From the IMG/VR virus record IMGVR_UViG_3300035516_000278: a stretch of 64,000 nt of DNA. The stretch is one strand, 5' to 3'. The notes under the pieces were generated by a model. It saw only the letters and a list, made by a program, of their open reading frames with translations, ran no database searches and was not told the DNA's origin. This document shows, piece by piece, positions 18,992 through 31,099 of the stretch (position 1 is the first letter of the stretch; every line of letters starts with the position of its first letter). This stretch comes from an uncultured virus (IMG/VR IMGVR_UViG_3300035516_000278) (lineage: Duplodnaviria > Heunggongvirae > Uroviricota > Caudoviricetes). The position numbers were made by a program, and so were the translations under genes.

Positions 18992-19585
18992 ATGAAAGAC
19001 CCTAGACTTCAATTAAATGAAAAGGAAAAGCTTGCAAGAGTTGCAACTAACAATCAAACAAATCCCTCAACTTATTTTGTAGCTAATGAACAGGCTGCAG
19101 ATGATTTAAAGCAGCTTAGTGATGTAAATAAGTTCAATGATCGAGTAGATGCATATATTAAAGATTTTGATGAACACGCTAATAAACTCAATGAATATGG
19201 TGAAGCTCTTGCAGAAAAAATGGATGGACTTGAAATTAAACCTGTATTTAATTATCTTTTGGTTAAACCCTTTAAAGAGAATCCGTTCCAAAAAATAACT
19301 ACCACTAAGAGTGGTCTTATTGTTGATTTAGGAGGAAAAGCTCCTGGATATAAAGATGACGATACTGGGGAATATAAAGAAGAGGAATGCTTTATTCACG
19401 TAGGTGTTGTTGTTGATGCCGGTCCTAAGTGTGACTACACTAAGGAGGGCGATGTGATTATGTGGACTAAGACTAGCGAAGTTCCTGTTCCTTTCTATAA
19501 GCAAGGTCTTGTAGTAGTAAATGAGCAACGTGTCTTGGTTGTAATTAATGAAGGTCTGAGTAAAAGATTTAATGGTGATGAGTGA
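18992..19585 (+). CDS. GroES-like co-chaperonin with an N-terminal extension
   Basis: IKPVFNYLLVKP...TTKSGLIV...GVVVDAGP...EGDVI pattern. Confidence 0.8.
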   Translation: MKDPRLQLNEKEKLARVATNNQTNPSTYFVANEQAADDLKQLSDVNKFNDRVDAYIKDFDEHANKLNEYGEALAEKMDGLEIKPVFNYLLVKPFKENPFQKITTTKSGLIVDLGGKAPGYKDDDTGEYKEEECFIHVGVVVDAGPKCDYTKEGDVIMWTKTSEVPVPFYKQGLVVVNEQRVLVVINEGLSKRFNGDE

Positions 19586-19802
19586 CGATAAAATATTTTT
19601 CGTTCCTGGGGATGTAGTAACACTTAAATAGGATATTCCCAATAAACCTACAATGGTCGTTATTAAGAAAGTAACATCTATACTTAAACATAAGGAAAGT
19701 AATGAAGGCATTCTTCGTGGTATTAAATGTAGATGGTTTACTAGTGATGGTACTTTGTAGGAAGATATTTTCAATACAAAGGATTTACAAAAAGTAGAAT
19801 AA
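19578..19802 (+). CDS. small SH3-like protein of YodC/DUF2158 type (two TAG)
   Basis: FVPGDVVTLKQDIPNKPTMVV...IKCRWFTSDGTLQEDIF. Confidence 0.7.
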
Positions 19803-20191
19803 TGATTAATAAATTTCAGCAAGGTGGCTCTGCACAGGATGCGCAGATGCAAGCATTTGTTCAATTCGCAGCATAGGTCTTCCAGCAGTAGACTGGTAAA
19901 GATGCACAGCAAAATCAAAAAGAGTTTGAGGCATTTGTAAAGCAGAATCAGAAAGAATTAGTAGCTGCTTTCCAGAAGCAATCTGCACAAAAGGCTGCTA
20001 AGGGTGCTAAGTTATCTTACATTAATCGTCTTAATGATCGCTGTCCTGAAGGTTATGAATTAACTTTCCATAAGGCTGGTGGATCTATTTGCCCTGTATG
20101 CAAAAAGAAAGCTGCAGTGGAGGCTAAAGGTGGTAATATAGTAGACAAATTCAAAGCAGAACGCTGCGGTGGTAAGATGAAGAAGAAGTGA
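19802..20191 (+). CDS. Gln/Lys-rich hypothetical protein with repeated xxGG motifs, 129 aa (two TAG)
   Basis: MINKFQQGG...KAAKGAK...HKAGG...EAKGG...RCGGKMKKK; the TAGs fall inside Gln-rich runs. Confidence 0.75.
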
Positions 20192-20230
20192 TTACTTCTT
20201 GACTTTAAATGATAAATGGAATAATGTTAT

Positions 20231-20812
20231 ATGAATAATTTTTTTAGTTATAATAATATGTCAGGAAAATTAGAGTTGAATACTCCAGAAATCTTATTGA
20301 TTCCAGAGTTCAAAGCTTTAGTTGATGAAGAACGAAATAAATGTCCAGAAGACCCTAATGGGGTGTATAGCTTATTGGCATTTAAAGAGTTCTCCTATAT
20401 TTACTTGGCATTACATTGGCAAAGTCCCTATGCTGATTATGAAGAGCAAGAACGTCATGTTGAATCTTTACATGATTCAGGATTGACAGAAGAGCAATTC
20501 AATGATCCATTATTTAGAGCTGCCTGTAGGAAATTTAAAAGCCTTCAAGAATCTAATAAGAGTTATAGACTACTTCAATCTGCACGTGATACTGTAGATA
20601 AACTTGTAAACTATTTTGAGAACTTAGATGTAGAAGAAAGAGACCCCTTAACTGGAAAGCCTGTTTTTGCAGTAAAGAATGTTATTGCAGAAATTACTTC
20701 TCTTACTAAAGTTCAAGAAAGCCTTGTACAACTTGAAGCACAAGTTAAGAAAGAATTGCAAGAAACTACAACTATTCGCGGTGGAGCAGTTGAAGGATTT
20801 GAACCTGATTGA
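20231..20812 (+). CDS. conserved phage protein upstream of terL, possible terminase small subunit
   Basis: 193-aa helical ORF ending 2 nt before the terL start; the function is inferred from position only. Confidence 0.6.
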   Translation: MNNFFSYNNMSGKLELNTPEILLIPEFKALVDEERNKCPEDPNGVYSLLAFKEFSYIYLALHWQSPYADYEEQERHVESLHDSGLTEEQFNDPLFRAACRKFKSLQESNKSYRLLQSARDTVDKLVNYFENLDVEERDPLTGKPVFAVKNVIAEITSLTKVQESLVQLEAQVKKELQETTTIRGGAVEGFEPD

Positions 20813-20814
20813 TT

Positions 20815-23306
20815 ATGGAAGAAGTTAAAAGAAAACGAGGTAGACCTAGAAAGCATCCTATTGAAGAACCTAAATAGGAAGCACCTAAAGTTGAGGAACC
20901 TGTGATTGTGGTGCCTGAACCAGGACCTGTAAAGGAAGAAAAATCCATTACTAGTGATTGGGATATTCCTTTAGGTGCAACTATTACATTCTTTGATAGG
21001 AATCTTTCTTACGAATTAACTGGATATAAACCTATTAACGGAACTAAAGGATTAGACTTTAAAGTTTCATGGTTTACAGAAGCTAGGGAAACATATAAAC
21101 AGACTGGACATTATTGTTCCTACAATTCTAAAACAAAAGCATATAAAGAATTTTGGAAAGAGGAATACAGAAGATGTAGAGAAGGTTATACTGTAAATGG
21201 TTATACTATTACAGGAGATCACTACTTCTTTCTTAATTACTATCAATTAAATAATACTGCTGATACAGTAAAAGCTATGTCAGCAATTACAAAAGACTTT
21301 CCAAACTTTATTGTTGCTTAGTACGAATACTTACATTATCTAGAATTATGTAAACGTCTTAGAATGAATGCCGTACTTGTGAAAGCACGTGCCTTAGGAT
21401 TCTCTGAATTAAATGCTGCAATTACTGCAAACTTCTATAGTACATGTAAAAACTCAACTGGCATTGTAGTTGCATCAGAAGAAAAGAAACTCACTCCAAC
21501 TTTAAATAAACTCTGGGAAGAGTTGTCATTTCTTAATTATCATACCGATGGGGGTTTCTTTAAACTAAGACAAGTAGTTGATAAGGCATTACATAAGAAA
21601 GCATCTCGTTATGAAGTTATAAATGGACAGAAAGCAGAAGTAGGATTCGGATCTTAGCTTATTGGAATTGTAGCAGATAGCCCTGATAAAGTCAGAGGTT
21701 ATCGTTGTGGTTTACTAGTCTTTGAAGAAGCAGGTTCATTCCCTAATCTTTAGAAATCAGTAATTCAGGGTGAAGCTTTACTTGATGTAGGAGGTAATAA
21801 GATTGGAATATCGTTAATTGGAGGTAAATAAACCTGTAAACTGCCTCCTAATTGGGCAAAAACGGTGAAACCTGAGATGGCAATACCGTGCTAAGTTTAG
21901 AAATTACGAAAGGTTCTAAACCAGTGTAACGCATAGGAAGTGAATAAATATAATCTTCCCACGAGTGCCCAACGTACTTATGTACGAAAATATATGCTGG
22001 ACTTATACAAATCAAAGTATAAGAAATTAAGGATAAAAAGCCTTAATGATAACATACGACAGGTGGTGATTCTAACGGTAAATCCTTGGAAGGACTTAGA
22101 AACATATACTATAATCCAGATGATTTTGGTGTTTTACCTTACCGTCATAATTACACTGTTACAGGTGAACAAGTTTTAACTGGATATTTCTTACCTTCTT
22201 ATAGTGTTATTCTTAAACCCGGATTCCTTGATGAGAGGGGATATACTGATCCTGCTATTGCTAAAGCCTATTGGCAAGCATAGCGGGATAAACTTGTTAA
22301 TAACCCATCTGCTTATATAGATCACTGTGCAGAACGTTGTTTCGTTGCAGATGAAGCTTTTGCACTTGAAGGTACTAACAAGTTTAATAAATTGGAGATT
22401 GCTTCACAGTTGGCACAAATAAGATTATTGCATTAGCCTAAAGTAGAGAATGGTAATATATCTTATATATATAAAGATTCAGTACATTCTCGTGATAATA
22501 TCTCTGGATTTAAATGGACTCCAGATATTCAAGGCAAAGTCCATATTGTAGAACATCCTTTATGGATTGATAATGAGAATATGAAATAGATGAAGGATTT
22601 ATATGTTGCAGGAATTGATGCCATTGATTTGGGCTAGAATGATACATCTGATGCAACTAAAGATCCATCTAAGTTTTGTATTGTTATTAAGCGTAGAGCT
22701 TATGGGATGTCAGAACCACAATATGTAGCCTATTATAAAGACAGACCTGCTGATATTAGAACTGCTTTCAAAACAGCAATATGTCTTGCCAAATATTATA
22801 ACTGTAAAATAAATATAGAGGCTTCTAAAATATCCATGCTTAATTATGCAAAGATTACAGGGGATTTAGGATTGTTTATGAAACGTCCCAGAGCCACTCT
22901 TGCAGATTTAAAAAGTGGTAAAAGTAATACTTATGGTACTCCAGCTACTCCAGCAATTATTGATCATCAAACTGACTTAATTGCTAACTTTGTAGAGGAT
23001 TATTGTTACACTATTTGGTTTGATGAGTTCTTAGATGAACTTAATCGTTATACCGATGATGCTAAACGAAAGTTTGATATTGTAGCAAGTTTAGGTATGT
23101 GTGAATTAGCTGATGAGGAATTATCAGGGGTTGTACCTACATCTACAGTAGTTTAGAAATAGGAGTTCTCTGATTATGGATACTATATAGATGAGAATGG
23201 ATATAAACGTAAAGGCATAATACCTAAGCAAGTTCAACAATAGAATACAATAATTAGTAATGACTACGGAGGAATTAGAAGCAGCGATCCGAGAAATTAT
23301 TCTTAA
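20815..23306 (+). CDS. terL: terminase large subunit, about 752 aa; exons 20815-21825 and 22059-23306 (TAG=Gln)
   Basis: KARALGFS Walker A-like motif, LVFEEAG Walker B, spliced IGG|TGGD motif, YVAGIDAID nuclease motif and KFDIVASLGM. Confidence 0.93.
21826..22058 (+). mobile_element. ORF-less group I intron in terL (233 nt)
   Basis: The exon ends GGAGGT and pairs with the IGS GCCTCC through a U-G pair. CCTGT pairs with the 3' exon ACAGG. P7 is GCATA/TATGC and the intron ends in G. Removal restores the frame. Confidence 0.9.
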
Positions 23307-23523
23307 AGACTTTAATGCAATCTATACTGGAAACTTAAAGATAACAGAATTGAATCCTGGATTCAAGATTGATTTCTATTTACAGGATAATTACGAAAGA
23401 CCTGTTTCTTTAATTGCTTCCATAGAAGATGATGCAGTATTACTACAATGGTTAAAAAAAGAATTGAGACGATCTGCTTGGCCAACTATAAAATTTTATC
23501 AAGTAAAGAAACCTTATGACTGA
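23260..23523 (+). CDS. hypothetical protein between terL and portal
   Basis: 87-aa ORF overlapping both neighbours. Confidence 0.75.
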   Translation: MTTEELEAAIREIILKDFNAIYTGNLKITELNPGFKIDFYLQDNYERPVSLIASIEDDAVLLQWLKKELRRSAWPTIKFYQVKKPYD

Positions 23524-25681
23524 TAATGAATTAATTGATAAAACCAACAGAGCTATTTCTGAGTTAGTAATTGAAAAAACTTCATTTAAGAAAGCATACA
23601 ATTACTATCATGGAATAATGGATAAAGAATAGTTCAGATACCTTGAAGAAAACTTTGGTATTGGTACTCCTACATCTGTAAAATTTATTCCACTTATTAA
23701 GAAACATATTGATGCTCTTGTTGGTGAATATTTAGGATTTCCAATAAATCCTATAATTACATGTGTAGACTCTGAAACAATCTCTAATATAGCTAGACAA
23801 AAGTAGCTTGAGATTTCAAGTGCTATTTATAAGAAGTTGTAGGATAATTTACAGAATAAGTTACTTGAGTTCATCTAGACAGGTGATGAAAAAAAGCTTG
23901 TAGATCCTTTTATAAAATCATAGTTAGATAATATTGTATAGGATATTCAAACGGGATTTACTTCTCAATATGAGATTGCAGCTAATAATGTATTAACTTA
24001 TTTAATGCAATCTAGAAGTATTGATTTAAAGACTAAGCTTAGTACATTATTTATTGACTTGCTAGTTACAGGTTATTCCTTTTATGAAATAGTTAAAGAA
24101 GGAGATGGAATACAAATGGAAGTATATTCACCTAAAGATGTATTCCCAGATGAAAACTATTCTTCTCCTTATGTAAAGGATTCATACAGAATAGTTGTAA
24201 GAAAATATCTTACTTCTGATCAAATTCTTAATAAATATCATGAGGAATTAACTGAAGATGATATAGCACAATTAAGAGGAAGTATTTATTCTGCTTATGA
24301 TGACCGTGCTTATATTAAATTGTCATCTGCTCCTTCTTAGGGAATTTTAGCAGACCATGAAATGATAAATAGTGAGGATGGAGAGCCTCTTGATTATAAT
24401 TGGCGTCTTATTCCTGTTTATGAAGTACAATGGGTAGAAGCTGATGAGAATTTTGTAATGCAGCGATATAAGACTGTTAAAATCAATGATTCTATTTATA
24501 TACTTCGAGGAATAGATGAAAATGCTACAAGATCAAGAAGTAATCCGAAAGCTGTATCATTATCAGTAAATGGAGTATTCTTCCGTGATCGTGCTAAGAA
24601 GCCTTTCTCTCTTGTATTAGCTTGCGCTGATTTACAAGATGAATATAACATTATGCACTACTATAGAGATAACCTTATTGCAAACAGTGGTACTACAGGA
24701 GATTGGTTAGATGTATCATTACTTCCTACATTCTTAGGTGAATCACCTACAGAAAGAATTGAGAAATGGCTGGCATATAAAAAGAATGGCACAGGTTTGT
24801 TAGATTCTTCTTAGGAAGGACGACAATCAATGAATGCTGCTCCAATCAATACAATCTTTAATGGTTATGACAATACTGTTAAGGTAAATGCAGTACAAGC
24901 TGTTTAGATGGTTATCGAAGCAATTGAACAGACAACTTCTTCCATTACAGGAGTATTTAAAGAAAGACTGAATGGTATTCAATAGAGAGATGCAGTAACT
25001 AATGTTTAGACAAGTGTTAATAATTCATTTATAGTAACCAAGCGTTATTATTAGCAAATGGATTTGATTACTGAGGAATCTCTAACAGATGCTTTGAATA
25101 CTGCTAAATGGGTATTTAAGGATGGAATCACTGGTACTCTCATTTTAGGTGAACATCGTAAGCAAATATTTACTGCTCTGCCACAACATTTCACTCTTAG
25201 TGACTTCAATATTCATGTAAGTACAAGTTCTGAAATGGTTAAGGATCTTGAATAGCTTAGAGCTATTGTTCCTCAGTTTGTACAAGCTGGAATAATGGAC
25301 CCTGATATTATTTTGGATATTATGACTACTAAGAGTACAACTTAGTTGAAGTAGAAAGTAACTGCTGCAATGAAAGCTAAGAAAGAAGAAAATAATGTTG
25401 TTAAACAATTGCAAGAACAGTTACAGCAAGCTGAATAGCAAATGAATTAGATGAAGTAGTAGCTTCAACAATCTCAAGCTAAATTAGAGCAGCTTAACGA
25501 ACAAAAGATGCAGTTAGAGAAAGAACGTATGCAATTAGACTATAAGGTTAATTGGTATAAAGCACAGACTGATCGTAATTTCAAAACCAATCAGGCAGAG
25601 AATGATACTAAGAGAACTGAAATAGAATTAGAGTAGATGCACGATGGAAATCCTTATAATGATCAAATAAAACAAGTATAA
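23516..25681 (+). CDS. portal protein, 721 aa (TAG=Gln)
   Basis: KAYNYYHG...YLEENFGIGTPTSVKFIPLIKKHIDALVGEY N-terminus, Gln-rich coiled-coil C-terminus, position after terL; track fragments share one frame. Confidence 0.88.
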
Positions 25682-26445
25682 TGGAATTAACATTTAGACT
25701 TTGTAAATAGCCAAGCTGTAAACTTCTTATATAGGGATTAGAGTATGATGGTGGATCTTATCTAACTTCTTCTATACTTACAGCTGACAACACCTATACT
25801 TATACTGAAACTGCAACAGTAAACATTATATAGACAATTGATTCCGAAGAAAAGAAAACTTATGTTAATCATTATGTGAATAAACATTTAATAGTAAATG
25901 AAGAAGCATATCCTGATGAAACAGAAGTAGAACTTGAAAAGGATGGTCTATATGAAATTACACATATAATAATTCCTACAGTCGCTTGGTATAAACAATA
26001 TACTGAAAGAACTGATAAACCTGAGTTGTATTATAATTCTATTTATTTATATGATGAGGATAATGATGCACTTGTAAAGGTTAGTGGAAAGTTCTTAAAG
26101 AAAATAGACATTGAAGAATTATTAGAAGTAAATGTTGCGGGAACAACTATAAGCTCATTGGTAAAGAATACGTTTTCAACTTGTAGATTAGAAAACTGTC
26201 TTTATGAATTAACTAAGAATTTATTACCTAAACTTTGTAAAGAATGTAATTATTAGAAATACTCTTAGGATATTCGTAATCGTGATTTTATCTGGATGGG
26301 TTTACATACTATCAGATATTCATTACAACTAGGACAATACTATCAAGCACAATCATTCCTTGAGTTTATAAACTCTTGTGGCAGTGTTTGTAAAACCTTA
26401 ACTGAACATAAAAAAACTAGTGGTTGTGGATGCTCTAAAGAATAA
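25681..26445 (+). CDS. hypothetical structural-region protein, 254 aa (TAG=Gln)
   Basis: Read-through ORF containing fragment 25876-26256; ends GCGCSKE. Confidence 0.75.
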
Positions 26446-26590
26446 AGCAATTTCTAAATTCAAGGAATTGATAAATAGTTGGAGTAATGGTTACTACGAC
26501 TATGACTATGGTTGTATTATGAATATTATTTCATATATTGAAACTAGATAGCAATCCGAGAGTGTTTATGAATGTTTAAAAGACTCGTAA
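26426..26590 (+). CDS. small hypothetical protein (GTG start, one TAG)
   Basis: 54-aa ORF filling the gap between its neighbours. Confidence 0.5.
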
Positions 26591-26591
26591 T

Positions 26592-27491
26592 ATGGGCTAG
26601 AGATATGCTTGTAAAAGTGATCTGTCAGGCTATTTTAAGAAGAGTGATTTATTATCAGGCTTAACAGAATCAGAAAAGGAATAGCTTAAAAATAACATAG
26701 GTATTCAGTTATCTTCTACTGAAACCTATGATGTTACTTATGCAGATTTGAAACATAAGATTGATAACAGTCTTTTATCTCCTGGTGCAATTTATACTAT
26801 TACGGATTTCTAGACTATTTATTCATCTAATGTTTTAACTAATGGTAAATATGAAACTTGGGGATTGGATAGTTCTAAAAGACCTTCATAGAAATGGAAC
26901 CTTATTGTACATGCAATCTCGGATACCATCTTAGATACACGAGCTGTAATTAGAGAATATCCTGAATTATTTGTATTATATAATGCAGAATAGGAAACTT
27001 TAGATGATGGAAATGTCACTAAAGGAAAAATTATCTATATGAAAGATTCTAATAACAATTCTGCTTATTATGATTTTAAAAATGTAAGATTCAGAAGAGA
27101 TTCCCTGGATTATTATACATTTACAGAAATTGTTAATGGATCTATTACGGATGCTTCTACATTACATAATACATCACATAATGAATTACAATAGGGTTGT
27201 TGGAACAATATATTTTTAGGTGATACTTATAATAATGTTCTTCAACCTAATTGTACAGGTAATACATTCTTTAAAGGATGTCATGACTCTATAATTGGTT
27301 GGGATTCTGTAAATAATGTTTTCAGAGAACCAGTATGTTATACTTCTGGATCTATTTACAACCAATAGTTTGAAGTTGGTGATACTACCCTTACTACATC
27401 TATTACTAAATCTATATAGAAAGTAAATGATGCAACAATAGTAACTTTCTTAGATCCAATTACTTACGCATAGCAAATAATTATATTATGA
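26592..27491 (+). CDS. hypothetical protein with Asn-rich, beta-helix-like repeats, 299 aa (TAG=Gln)
   Basis: Read-through ORF with CWNNIFLGDTYNNVLQPNCTGNTF repeats and an ATGA overlap with the next gene. Confidence 0.75.
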
Positions 27492-28327
27492 ATTATGAGA
27501 GTTTGTATCTTCCAGATGCTCCTCTGCAAGAATTTGTAATCAATCCTCCTATAATAGAAGAAGAGGAATCTGATGAAATCTGTATTCGTGATGAATGTGA
27601 AACACCAAAATGTACATCACAATACTTAGAAAAGTCTAACTATCTTTCAGAATTTTTAACGTCCTGGGAAAAGCACTTAGTTAGACAAAATCTTGGAATC
27701 AGTGATAGTTTTGCAATTGCATGGGGAAATATTGAGGGCAACTTGTTAAATTAGAAAGATTTATATAAGTTTGTAAATGATTAGATTGAATCTTCTAAAG
27801 AGGAAATCTTTAAAGAAATTGAGGATAAACTTGCAAATGTTACACCTTCTGTAAGTTCAGACATAAATGCTAATCCATCTTATGTAACTCCAGAAGGAAA
27901 TGATATAATTGTCACATGGTCTTATCCTACTGAAATTACCGAACAATCTATTAATGGCATACCATTAAATAACTCAGTTAGAACTTATACTTTTGTTAAT
28001 CAAACAGAAGCATTTACAATTACAATACAATATGTAAGTTCTGGAGTTACAAACACATTATATAAAAGTATTCCAATTAAATATTATGCTTATTATGGGA
28101 GTAATCTCAGTTCTTTAAGTAAGACACTTGAAACTTCATTTTCTATAAATGCAAATGATTATGTATATTTGCTTTTGCCTTATTAGAATGCAATTATAAA
28201 TGTAAATGGATTTATAGGAGGATTTTCTGATGAAGGAACTACAGTGATTGGGGAAGTGACATATTATATATATAAAAGTGTTAATAATAATCTTGGAAAC
28301 TTATATATAAAGTATGGCAGTCAATAA
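27488..28327 (+). CDS. hypothetical tail-region protein, 279 aa (TAG=Gln)
   Basis: Extends fragment 27488-27754; contains WGNIEGNLLNQKDL. Confidence 0.75.
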
Positions 28328-29375
28328 TAGATAGGTAAATTGCTGGAGGGGTTCTGATCCCCCTCCTACAATCCATCATATATGGATTAAAGATGAACAT
28401 CACGTTTTATTATATAATGGATTAGATTGGGTTGAATATGTAAGTGCTACATCTACTGCAAAGATAAATGTTACTGAGGAATTAGGAAATGTAATTATAG
28501 AAATTAATGATTCAGCCTTTACAATCTCTTCTGAAGGAAGTAGTATTGGATTACGTAAAGGATCCGATAATACTGTTATTATTAGTAGCAATGCTTTAAA
28601 TACTATTAATACTGAAGCACCTCTATAGTGGAATGGACAAAAGCTTACTCATTTATCTAGCGGAGTAGAAGCTGGAGCTTATGGTCAATCAGTAAGTTCA
28701 GATAATGCAAATACTTTTAAAATACCTAGTATTGAAGTAAGTGCAACTGGCCATATAACTAAAGCATAGACTACTCAAGTAACAATACGTGATTATGTAG
28801 GGCAAAATGCAGTATCAGCAACTGATACCAATGCTTACCCTATAATATTAGCAAGTAGTGCTAATAGTAAAAACGAAACTAATGAAGTTTAGAAAACCTC
28901 TAAAGTAACTTTTGATGGAAGTACCTTATCAATTTAGGGAGGAGTTGCCGCTACAGGAGATATTAATGCTGACGGTGACTTAGTTGTAAAAGGCGTTATT
29001 ATTGGTTAGTTACAAGGTAACGTTACGGGAACTGCAACCCCTAAAATACATTTATCAGAATAGCCAGATTACGGAGGAGCATCTACTAATTTATATGGCC
29101 ATGTAAAACTACAAGATGAACTTGGAGTAAGTGCTCCTAATCCATCCTCTACTAATGCTGATACATCTAAAGGAGTTGAGGCAATTGCTGCTTCTCCTTT
29201 AATGGTTTGGAATGCTTTACAAGAAGCAAAGAACTATGTGGATGATAATTAGTTTACGGTGAATGGAGTAAATGCTGCAAGTGAACCTATAACAATTAAA
29301 AATAATCTTTCTTTAACTGATGACTTTGTTGTTAATGACGAGAATAAGTTAGAGATACAATTTATGGAAATATAA
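28314..29375 (+). CDS. tail fibre-like protein, 353 aa (TAG=Gln)
   Basis: GVEAGAYG...IPSIEVSATGHIT and LYGHVKL fibre-type repeats. Confidence 0.7.
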
Positions 29376-31093
29376 TGGCAAAATTAATATATTCACAATA
29401 GGCGTGGAGTACATTAAAAAGTAATACTACTTATAATTTCGGAAGCTCTTCTAGTGACTATGCCAAATCTTTATTAATTACTTCAGATGGCTATTTAGTA
29501 ACACATGGTTTAGCTTTTAGAATTGGATCTAGTTCTGCATCTACGCTTCTTTCTACAATTACTTCTGGTAATTCAAAAAATATTGTAGTAACACAGAGTG
29601 GAGATACTGCCTCTATTAATTTGGCAACTACAGGAGCTACAGCTGGTACTTATGGTTCTACAACTACTATTCCTTCAATTACTGTTGATTCTTATGGTAG
29701 AATTACTTCAGTATCTTCTGTTACTCCCACATTAAATAATGTAAAAGTTTCTGCAGCAAGTAATAGTAAAACTTATTATATTGCAGGAGCTACTGGAGCT
29801 GCAGATAATACAACTTTATATGAATCTGGCAAGCTTTATTTCACAACAGATGCTTCTGGAAATGTTTCTTTTGTTTTAAATGGAACTACTAATACAGGAG
29901 TAACTAGTGACATTGCTTCTAATAGTTCTAGTACTACATTAGTTCCTTCTACTTCAGGAGTTGCAACTTATGTAGCCAATCAAATTAGTTCTAAACTTGC
30001 ATCTAATGATGCAATGCTATTTGTTGGTACTATTAATGGTACAGGAGTTATTCAATCACACAATAGTAGTGTAGTTACTGCTACTGACGATACTACTAAT
30101 ATTAGTGCTTTAACTGGCTATAGTGCTGGTTGGACATTTAAAGTGACTGCTTCAGGAACTATTTCAGGTGTTGGTACTGTTGAATCAGGAGATATGGTAA
30201 TCTGTATTAAGGATTATGCTTCTGCATACAGTGCTTCTGATTGGACTGTAGTTCAGGCTAATATTGATGGAGCTGTAACTGCTAGTGCAGCTCTTACTGC
30301 TAGCCAACTCGTTATTGGTTCTTCTGGATCTAAAGATGTAAAAACTTTAGCTGCAGGAACTAATGGCTATTTCTTATCAATGGTTAGTGGAGTTCCTACA
30401 TGGGTTGCCAATCCTAATTCAAATACTTGGCGTCCTATTAACTTAAATGGTACTGCTATTTTAACTAATAGTACTAGCTCAGGAACTTTAAACTTTGTAA
30501 CAGGAGATGGTATTAGTCTTTCTAATAGTTCTGGTTCTTTAACTATCGCAGGAAATTACGCTGCAGGTACTGGTTTATCTAGTAGCACAAGTTCTGGCAA
30601 GATAACTTTCAGTTTAGTTAATGCTAAAACTGATACTATTGGTGGTATTAAAGTAGGAGCTATAGCAACTTCTGCAGTTACTTATACAACTTCAACTTCT
30701 GGAGTTAATAACTGCAAAGTTAATTTAGATCCTAACTATTTAGCTTATGTAAGTGTTCCTAATACCTCATTAGCTGCATTATCAGTTAATACTTCACAGA
30801 GTAATGGAAATGTTGCTCTTACATTTAAAAACAATGCAGGTTCTTCTAATAGTATTAAGATTAAGGGTGACGGTACCTATACTACAGTAACTACTGATTC
30901 CAGTGGAGTTATTACAGTTACTGGCAGTAATTCCTGGCGTACTGTAAATGCTTATACTACAGCAATGTCTTCTGCAAGTTCTATTGGTACAAGCACTTTG
31001 ACGTTTGCTAAAGATTTTGTTTGGAGTAATTCAGAACTTTCATTAACTTGGGGAGAAATTGATTCTACCGGTGCAATAACTTATACAGCTTAA
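29375..31093 (+). CDS. tail fibre-like Ser/Thr-rich protein, 572 aa
   Basis: Extends track ORF 29621-31093 upstream through TAG; contains TAGTYGSTTTIPSITVDSYGRIT and DWTVVQANIDG. Confidence 0.8.
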
Positions 31094-31099
31094 TAATAT

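Noticed and set aside
19328..19918. 196-aa minus-strand ORF
   Set aside because: Antisense to three well-supported plus-strand genes.
21940..22179. Track ORF (79 aa) as an intron-encoded protein
   Set aside because: It spans the intron core and runs out of frame into terL exon 2, with no nuclease motif.
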